From: Solirubrobacteraceae bacterium
GTDB lineage: Bacteria > Actinomycetota > Thermoleophilia > Solirubrobacterales > Solirubrobacteraceae
DNA length: 64,000 nucleotides
Direction of reading: 5' to 3'
Assembly: GCA_036267075.1 (NCBI GenBank)
Contig: DATAWT010000042.1
Coordinates: 4,529 to 68,528 of the forward strand
The notes below the pieces were generated by a model. That model did not search any database, was not told the DNA's origin, and saw nothing but the letters and a program-made list of their open reading frames with translations. Made by a program: the position numbers and the translations under genes. Each line of letters begins with the position of its first letter. Positions within the stretch are counted from its first letter, which is position 1. This document shows, piece by piece, positions 57,750-64,000 of the stretch.

Positions 57750-58232
57750 ATGAAGGCCGGGCCGAACGAGGAAGTCATCTACTCCGGCCATCCATCGTGG
57801 AAGTCGATGCTCGACTTCCATCTCGCCAGCCTGCTGGCGGCAGCGGTCGTCGGAGTCATCGTGCGCCTTGCAAGCTCCAACACCGGATATGCGATCGCGG
57901 CGTTCGCGGCGATTCTCGCCGTGTCGCTGCTGATCGGCGTCGTGCGCCGCGCGTCGACGCGCTACATGGTCACCGACCGGCGACTGCACATCAAGCGGGG
58001 GATCCTCGGGCGAACCGAGCAGCACACCACGATCGAGCGCGTCCAGAACGTCGAGACGCGCCAGTCGCTGTGGGAGCGCGTGTTGCGGATTGGCACCGTC
58101 GATTTCGACACCGCCGCTACCGATGACTCGCAGTTCGCCTTCGAGGGCGTCGCCTCGCCCAAGCTCGTCGTCGCGGCCGTCGACCGCGCACAGCAGCTGG
58201 CGAGCAGGACGGAGTCACCGGCCCAGGTATGA
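57750..58232 (+). CDS. Bacterial PH-domain (bPH_2/YdbS-like) membrane protein
   Basis: Two TM helices, then TRYMVTDRRLHIKRGILGRTEQHTTIERVQNV. Confidence 0.78.
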   Translation: MKAGPNEEVIYSGHPSWKSMLDFHLASLLAAAVVGVIVRLASSNTGYAIAAFAAILAVSLLIGVVRRASTRYMVTDRRLHIKRGILGRTEQHTTIERVQNVETRQSLWERVLRIGTVDFDTAATDDSQFAFEGVASPKLVVAAVDRAQQLASRTESPAQV

Positions 58233-58954
58233 CCGCGATCGTCGCCGCCCACGAGCTGACCAGGCGCTATGGGCAGGGCGAGGTCGCAGTAGACGCGTTG
58301 GCCGGCGTCGACGTCGAGTTCGAGAGCGGCCGCTTCGCCGCGATCATGGGTCCGTCCGGATCCGGTAAGTCGACGCTGATGCACCTCCTGGCAGGCCTCG
58401 ACCGACCGACGAGCGGCACGGTCAGCCTCGACTCCATCGATCTCGGAACGCTCGACGACCGCGCGCTGACTCTGCTGCGCCGCGAGAAGGTCGGGTTCAT
58501 CTTCCAGACGTTCAACCTGCTGCCCGTTCTCGACGCGCGCGAGAACATCCTGCTGCCGCTGTCGATAGCCGGGCGCGAGGTCGACCAGGAGTGGTTCGAC
58601 CGCCTGATCGACACGGTCGGGATGCGCGATCGCCTTCACCACCGCCCGGCACAGCTTTCAGGCGGCCAGCAGCAGCGCGTCGCCGTCGCGCGGGCGCTTG
58701 TCTCACGACCAGCGGTCGTGTTCGCCGATGAGCCGACCGGGAACCTCGACTCCGCCGCCTCGGGCGAGGTGCTCGAGCTGCTGCGTCGCGCGGTCGACGA
58801 CTTCGGCCAGACCGTCGTGATGGTCACGCACGACGCGCATGCCGCGGCCCACTCCGACCGCCTCGTGGTGCTCGCCGACGGGCGGATCGTGCGCGACGGC
58901 GAGGCACTCGACGCCGACGGGGTCCTCGATTTGATGAAGTCGCTGAGCAGATGA
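58229..58954 (+). CDS. ABC transporter ATP-binding protein (MacB/LolD-like)
   Basis: GPSGSGKST, LSGGQQQRVAVARAL and VFADEPTGNLD. ATGA overlap with the PH-domain gene. Confidence 0.9.
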   Translation: MTAIVAAHELTRRYGQGEVAVDALAGVDVEFESGRFAAIMGPSGSGKSTLMHLLAGLDRPTSGTVSLDSIDLGTLDDRALTLLRREKVGFIFQTFNLLPVLDARENILLPLSIAGREVDQEWFDRLIDTVGMRDRLHHRPAQLSGGQQQRVAVARALVSRPAVVFADEPTGNLDSAASGEVLELLRRAVDDFGQTVVMVTHDAHAAAHSDRLVVLADGRIVRDGEALDADGVLDLMKSLSR

Positions 58955-61527
58955 ACCGCGTCGTCGTCCGGGGATTCTTCTCGAGACGACTGAGAGCGGT
59001 ACTGACCGGTATCGCGATCGCGCTCGGCGTCGCGCTGATATCGGGGACCTACATCCTCACCGACACGATCGACAGCTCGTTCGCGTCGCTCTTCAGCACG
59101 AGCGAGCGAAACCGCTCGGTCGTCGTCGTGCCCCACCAGGGGTTCGGCGCGACGGCGAGCGTCCAGACGTCGCTGATCAGCGACGCGACGCTCGCGAAGG
59201 TCAGGCGCGTTCCGGGCGTGGCGCTCGCGGCCGGCGAGGTCTTCACGCCGGTGTCGCTGTTCGCGAACGGCAAGCGCCTCAACAAGAGCGCCGCCAACTT
59301 CGTCAGCTCCGTCGTCCCGCCGCGGTTTGAGAACTTCTCGGCGGTCGCCGGGCGGCTGCCGTCGGGGGCGGGGGAGGTCGGGATCGACCAGGCGACGGCG
59401 CAGCGCTACTCGCTGCATGTCGGGCAGTCGATGCGCGTCGCGGGCCAGTCCTCGACCGTCATCGATCGCCTCGCCGGGATCCTCAAGTTCGCCGGATCCA
59501 CCTCGTTCGGCGGCGCCGGTGTCGCCGTGCTGCCGCTCGCGCAGGCGCAGCGCATCGCCGGTGAGTCGCACGCCTACGACGAGCTGCTCGTCGCCGGCGC
59601 ATCCTCGATCAGCGACGCCACGCTGCGTGCGCGCATCCGCGCCGTGCTGCCGAAGACGCTCGACGTGCGGACCGGTGTGCAGGAGGCAAACCAGCAGACC
59701 TCTGACCTCGAGAGCCAGCTCGGCGTCCTGCGCACGCTGCTGCTGGTCTTCGGCTACATCGCGCTGTTCGTCGGCGCGTTCATCATCTTCAACACCTTCT
59801 CGATCACGGTCGCTCAGCGGACCCGCGAGTTCGGTCTGCTGCGCACGCTCGGGGCCACACGCGGTCAGATCCTCGGCTCGGTCGTCGCCGAGGGGGTGAT
59901 GCTCGGCATTGGCGGCTCGATCGTCGGCATCCTCGCCGGGCTGGGCGTCGCGCCGGCGCTCGATGAGCTCTTCAAGGTGCTCGGGGCTGACATCCCCGAC
60001 AACGGCACCGTGCTCGAGGCGCGAACGATCTGGGTGTCGCTGATCGCGGGCACGCTGGTCACCGTCATCGCCGGATTGCTGCCGGCGTTGCGAGCGTCGC
60101 GCGTGACGCCGGTCGCGGCTCTGCGCGAGGGGGTGGCGCTCCAGGAGCGCTCGCCGCGAAGCCGCCGGCGTCGCGCGATCGGCCTCGTCGTGATCGTCGC
60201 GGTGATCCTGATCCGCTTCATCGCCGAGCTGAAGAGCGGCGCGGGAGTCGTGACGATCGTCGTGATCCTCGGGATCGTCATCGCGATCCGCGTGCCGCTC
60301 GTCCGCAAGCGGATCGGCCGCTTCTTCTCGGCGATCGTCGTCGGCGTAGCGCACGCCCTGAGCCGCCTGATCGCGTGGCGGGGCATCACCGGTCGCCTCG
60401 CACGCGACAACACCGTCCGCCACCCCGGCCGCACGGCGGTCACCGCGACGTCGCTGATGATCGGCCTCGCCCTCGTCACGCTGATCGCGGTGCTCGCGGC
60501 CGGCACGAAGGCATCGATCAACAACGCGATTGACGCCTCCTTCGCGGGAAACCTGATCGTCACCAACAGCTCGACGGCCGGCAACGAGGGGATCCCGTCC
60601 GAGATCCCGGCCGCGGTGCGCAAGCTCCCAGGCGTCGCGCGGGTGACCGCCGTCGCCTTCACCGAGGCGAAGATCCGGGGCGTCTCGGGCACCAAGACGG
60701 TGACCGCCGTTGAGACCTCGACGTTTGCGCAGATGTACCGGATCAACTGGGACTCGGGCTCGAACGCGACGCTTCGAAACCTCGGGATGACGGGAGCGGT
60801 CGTCAACAAGAACACGGCCGACGGCTACAACCTCCATGTCGGGCAGACGCTGTCGGTGCAGACTCCGTCGGGGCGGCGGATCTCGCTCGTCGTGCGCGGC
60901 ATCGCCACCGACAACGTCGGCCTCCTCGCGGCGCTCACGATCAGCTTGCCGCTGGCGCGCAGCGCCTTCGCGCAGCGAACCGACGCCGTCGACTTCATCG
61001 GCTATCAGCCGGGCGTGACCGACGCCCAGGTGCAACCGAAGGTCAACCGGCTGCTCGGGGCGAGCTTCCCGCAGGCGGAGTCGCAGACGGCCAAACAGTT
61101 CGAGGCGACCCAGGCCAACCAGATCAACAAGCTGCTGGCGCTGATCTACGTGCTGCTCGCGCTGTCGGTGATCGTCTCGCTGTTCGGGATCGTCAACACA
61201 CTCGTGCTCTCGATCTACGAGCGCACCCGCGAACTCGGGATGCTGCGCGCGATCGGCACGTCACGGCGCCAGATCCGCGAGATGATCCGCTACGAGTCGG
61301 TGATCACCGCGCTCGTCGGCGGCATCCTCGGGATCGTCCTCGGCATCGGTGTCGCGGGGATTCTGAGCGCGACGGTGCTCACAGGCGGGGGCTTTGTGTT
61401 CGTCATTCCGCTGACGACGATCGTCGTGCTGTTCGTGCTCGCCGCGCTCGCCGGCCTGGCGGCGGCGGCGTGGCCGGCGCGCCGCGCCGCGAGGGTCGAC
61501 ATCCTCGCCGCGATCGCCACCGAGTAA
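58951..61527 (+). CDS. ABC transporter permease with duplicated FtsX-like domains (MacB-type, 858 aa)
   Basis: There are two MacB_PCD/FtsX modules, each ending with a REFGLLRTLGATRGQI or RELGMLRAIGTSRRQI motif. ATGA overlap with the ATPase gene. Confidence 0.88.
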   Translation: MNRVVVRGFFSRRLRAVLTGIAIALGVALISGTYILTDTIDSSFASLFSTSERNRSVVVVPHQGFGATASVQTSLISDATLAKVRRVPGVALAAGEVFTPVSLFANGKRLNKSAANFVSSVVPPRFENFSAVAGRLPSGAGEVGIDQATAQRYSLHVGQSMRVAGQSSTVIDRLAGILKFAGSTSFGGAGVAVLPLAQAQRIAGESHAYDELLVAGASSISDATLRARIRAVLPKTLDVRTGVQEANQQTSDLESQLGVLRTLLLVFGYIALFVGAFIIFNTFSITVAQRTREFGLLRTLGATRGQILGSVVAEGVMLGIGGSIVGILAGLGVAPALDELFKVLGADIPDNGTVLEARTIWVSLIAGTLVTVIAGLLPALRASRVTPVAALREGVALQERSPRSRRRRAIGLVVIVAVILIRFIAELKSGAGVVTIVVILGIVIAIRVPLVRKRIGRFFSAIVVGVAHALSRLIAWRGITGRLARDNTVRHPGRTAVTATSLMIGLALVTLIAVLAAGTKASINNAIDASFAGNLIVTNSSTAGNEGIPSEIPAAVRKLPGVARVTAVAFTEAKIRGVSGTKTVTAVETSTFAQMYRINWDSGSNATLRNLGMTGAVVNKNTADGYNLHVGQTLSVQTPSGRRISLVVRGIATDNVGLLAALTISLPLARSAFAQRTDAVDFIGYQPGVTDAQVQPKVNRLLGASFPQAESQTAKQFEATQANQINKLLALIYVLLALSVIVSLFGIVNTLVLSIYERTRELGMLRAIGTSRRQIREMIRYESVITALVGGILGIVLGIGVAGILSATVLTGGGFVFVIPLTTIVVLFVLAALAGLAAAAWPARRAARVDILAAIATE

Positions 61528-61593
61528 CGCACGAAAACTTGCCGTCTGGCACCCCGCGTGCAGGCCTTGGCGGATTGCGCCGACGTCAATTGA

Positions 61594-62715
61594 ATGATGC
61601 CGATGGCCTCAACTTGGCTCGACGGTTTTGGGGACTGGGCCTGGCCGGGCGGCCCGAAGCCGGCCGTCGAGATCGGTCCGGCGGCGTGGGTTCCCGCGAC
61701 GCCGCTTGTGGCGGTCGAGGCCGCTCCGCTTCACCCCCGCGTCGTGGCCCCGCGCGCGAGCACGCTGCCGCGGCCGCTGCGTCTCGCGCGCCTCGCCCTG
61801 CTGCTGGCCGTCGCCGGCGCGACGTTCGCGCTCAGCAACCGCTTCATCTTCACCCACAGCGTGGCGGCAGGTCATCCGGTCAGCACGCCGCTGCTCTTGC
61901 CGGCCGTCCTGACCAGTCCGTTCGAGACCACTCCCGCACTGCCGGCCCACGAGACCGCCGGATACCCGGCGTCCGCACTGCCGGTCCCGGTGGTGCTCCA
62001 GCGCTACGCGGGCGGCGGCGAGGTCGCGCAGCTCACGTTCGCCTCGACCGCGCTTCGCCATCGCGACCGCTTCCTGGTCTATCTCCCGCCGCACTACGCG
62101 ACGTCGGCCAAGCGGTATCCGGTCATCTACCTGCTCCACGGCGACCTTCAGCCCGCCAACTCGTTCCTTCGCCTCGGCGTCCCGCAGACGCTCGGCACGC
62201 TGATCTCAAGCCACGCGATCAAGCCCGTGATCGCGGTCATGCTCCAGGGCGGCGGCGCGCCGGCGGACTGGGAGAACGGCTGGTCCGGCGACTACTACAA
62301 CTATGTCGGCGAGGTCCAGCGGCTCACCGATCGCGTCCTTCGCACGGTGCCCAACCGCTCGGCGCGGGCGATCGCCGGCTACTCGATGGGCGGCTTCGGC
62401 GCGATGAACGTCGCGCTCACACAGCTTCGCAACTACTCGGTCGTGGAGAGCTGGGAGGGGCAGTTCTCAAGCCTTGCCCCGAAGCTCGCCGCCGACCGGG
62501 CGCTGCTGGGTCGCCTACCGCTTGAGGCGTTCGTCTGGGGCGGCGCGCAGGATCGCACCGTCGACAGCACGCTCGACGCGCCGTGGGCGGCCGAACTGCG
62601 CGCCGCCGGTGCGAAGGCGCGCTCGGCCGTCTACCCGGGAGCGCACGCCTTCGCGCCGATCGAGCAGCACCTGCCGGCGATGCTCAGCTTCGCTGCCCGA
62701 GCGCTGCGAAGCTGA
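61594..62715 (+). CDS. Putative esterase-family alpha/beta hydrolase (enterochelin-esterase-like)
   Basis: YPVIYLLHG...IAGYSMGGFGA. The N-terminal region carries a TM/signal stretch (LRLARLALLLAVAGATFAL). Confidence 0.75.
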   Translation: MMPMASTWLDGFGDWAWPGGPKPAVEIGPAAWVPATPLVAVEAAPLHPRVVAPRASTLPRPLRLARLALLLAVAGATFALSNRFIFTHSVAAGHPVSTPLLLPAVLTSPFETTPALPAHETAGYPASALPVPVVLQRYAGGGEVAQLTFASTALRHRDRFLVYLPPHYATSAKRYPVIYLLHGDLQPANSFLRLGVPQTLGTLISSHAIKPVIAVMLQGGGAPADWENGWSGDYYNYVGEVQRLTDRVLRTVPNRSARAIAGYSMGGFGAMNVALTQLRNYSVVESWEGQFSSLAPKLAADRALLGRLPLEAFVWGGAQDRTVDSTLDAPWAAELRAAGAKARSAVYPGAHAFAPIEQHLPAMLSFAARALRS

Positions 62716-63106
62716 CGGCGTCCTCGATCACGACGGCGTGGTCGAAGGCGAGCTCGGGAAGCTCTGAAAGCGCCCACCAGCGCGCGTCGGCCGCATCGTC
62801 TCCGCCGGTCGCGTCAAGCTCCTCCGCAGTGCGCATCAGATGGACGACGGAGACGGTCGGCCCGCGCGGGTCGCGACCCGGCGTGTCATAGACACCGAGC
62901 AGCTGTAGCGCCCCGGCCGCTAGAGCCGTCTCCTCGCGAAGCTCGCGAGCGGCCGCCGCGACGACGCCCTCGTCGCCGTCGACGAAGCCGCCCGGCAGCG
63001 CCCAGGAGCCGGCGAACGGGTCGTTGCCGCGCTCGATCAGGAGCACCGAGCGCGGCGGAACGCCGGCCAGCACGACGATGTCGACGGTCAGCTTCGGGTC
63101 GCTCAC
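62684..63106 (-). CDS. NUDIX hydrolase
   Basis: Nudix box GGFVDGDEGVVAAAARELREETAL. The GTG start (V20) overlaps the SDR stop (GTGA). The 3' end overlaps the esterase 3' end by 32 nt. Confidence 0.82.
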   Translation of the reverse strand: MSDPKLTVDIVVLAGVPPRSVLLIERGNDPFAGSWALPGGFVDGDEGVVAAAARELREETALAAGALQLLGVYDTPGRDPRGPTVSVVHLMRTAEELDATGGDDAADARWWALSELPELAFDHAVVIEDAVSFAALGQRS

Positions 63107-63780
63107 GCGCGGCCGTAGACCGGAACGTGTGCGCCGCTGATCGGCTCGGCGTCCGCCGAGCACAGGAAGCCGATCACGGCCGCGATCTGCTCCGGCCTGA
63201 CCCAGCGAGAGTGGTCGTCGTCGGGCTGGGCGGCGCGGTTGGCCGGCGTGTCGATGACGCTCGGCATGATCGCGTTGGCGCGGATCCCGTCCTTGGTGTA
63301 CTCCGCGGCGAGGGCGTCGACGAACGAGAGCACCGCGCCCTTTGAGGAGATGTAGCCGGCGGCGCCCGAGAACGGGCGAACCGCCGCGCGCGTCGAGACG
63401 CAGACGATCGCGCCGCCGCCGTCGAGCATGCGCGGGATCGCGGCCGCGCTCAGCAGGTAGGTCGGCCGCAGGTTCAGGCGGAACTGCTTCTCGAAGTCCT
63501 CGATCGGCGTCTCGTGGACGCGTCCGCCGGAGGCGAACCCGCCGACGAGGTTGACGAGCGCTCGCAGCGGGTCCGGCGCCGCCGCCACCACCGCCGCGGC
63601 CGCGTCGGCGTCGAAGAGGTCGGCGGGGATGAGCGTCAGGCGCTGATGCGGTTCGACGCGCTGCAATTCGCGCTCGTCGACGTAGGGGACGACGACGTGC
63701 CAGCCGGCGTCGAGCATCGCTTTCGTGACGGCGCTGCCGAGACCGCCTGTGCCGCCGCTGATCACGACGCTTGCGTCCAT
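63103..63780 (-). CDS. SDR-family oxidoreductase
   Basis: SGGTGGLGSAV cofactor motif and the catalytic YISSK. Confidence 0.85.
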   Translation of the reverse strand: MDASVVISGGTGGLGSAVTKAMLDAGWHVVVPYVDERELQRVEPHQRLTLIPADLFDADAAAAVVAAAPDPLRALVNLVGGFASGGRVHETPIEDFEKQFRLNLRPTYLLSAAAIPRMLDGGGAIVCVSTRAAVRPFSGAAGYISSKGAVLSFVDALAAEYTKDGIRANAIMPSVIDTPANRAAQPDDDHSRWVRPEQIAAVIGFLCSADAEPISGAHVPVYGRA

Positions 63781-63825
63781 CGCCGCATACCGTAGCCGTC
63801 CGCGCCCCGGGCTACCTTCAGGATC

Positions 63826-64000
63826 ATGCTGATTCGAGAGTTCCAGGACGGCTTTGAGCTCGACCAGGTGCTGCTGGTGCGCGAAGTCGAGCGCCGCGAA
63901 CGCCGCGGCGGTTCGGGCGAGTACCTGCGCCTGACGCTCGCCGACCGCTCGGGCCAGGTCGTCGCGATGGTCTGGGAGGAGGTCGGCGACGTCGCCCCGC
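63826..64000 (+). CDS. OB-fold/HD-domain nuclease-like protein (YhaM-like N-terminus); partial, continues beyond the window
   Basis: My translation from the ATG near 63826 is MLIREFQDGFELDQVLLVREVERRERRGGSGEYLRLTLADRSGQVVAMVWEE. This is the typical OB-fold N-terminus pattern of YhaM-type proteins. It is not in the ORF track because it is open-ended. Confidence 0.55.
   Translation, partial: MLIREFQDGFELDQVLLVREVERRERRGGSGEYLRLTLADRSGQVVAMVWEEVGDVAP

Noticed and set aside
58636-61035. A very long alternate-frame ORF (799 aa). Similar long ORFs occur at 50946..52490, 35913..37160, 26112..27230, 28351..29100, 21388..22329 and 37123..38241.
   Set aside because: Their translations are Arg/Ala/Pro/Gly-rich low-complexity strings typical of off-frame or antisense reading of very GC-rich coding DNA. 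Each lies opposite or overlapping a gene with clear family motifs.

Overview
This is a very GC-rich chromosomal segment of actinobacterial type. The gene content and the Lys/Arg-rich C-terminal tail modules resemble Thermoleophilia such as Conexibacter or Solirubrobacter, but that placement is inference only. It is densely packed with about 68 protein-coding genes, many joined by 4-nt ATGA/GTGA start-stop overlaps. I recognised no rRNA, tRNA, CRISPR array, transposase or integrase. Most of the window is ordinary metabolism and regulation:
- a family-5 SBP/DppBCD-type ABC operon with embedded GntR, ADH and SDR genes
- an OmpR/HK pair next to a PBP5-type carboxypeptidase
- a DrrAB-like exporter, glpK, katE with MarR, an ECF sigma/anti-sigma pair, purN
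- a DUF1800/DUF1501/cupredoxin operon and a MacB-type ABC exporter
- many cupin, VOC, SDR and GNAT genes

The stand-out locus is a divergent four-gene unit at 20447-24067.
- On the minus strand: a MauE/DoxX-thioredoxin fusion and an NTP_transf_5-like nucleotidyltransferase.
- On the plus strand: an HPr-kinase-like P-loop protein and a PqqD/RRE domain fused to a twin-arginine-like hydrophobic segment and a 12-Cys repeat domain.
- The PqqD/kinase/nucleotidyltransferase families are otherwise known as lasso-peptide (RiPP) accessory genes, but no core RiPP enzyme or separate precursor is present in this window.
- I flag it as a candidate undescribed maturation system.

Other notable points:
- Three reading-frame defects: a large secreted repeat protein, a DrrA-like ATPase and a ROK kinase with no start codon. 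Two of them fit loss of one G in a G-run.
- A decayed VOC gene relic.
- A hipBA toxin-antitoxin module next to the only AT-rich patch, which carries nested inverted repeats.
- Two paralogous small CxxC...HxxC proteins.

Coordinates come from the supplied ORF track plus residue counting. Start codons are often GTG or TTG, and several are uncertain.
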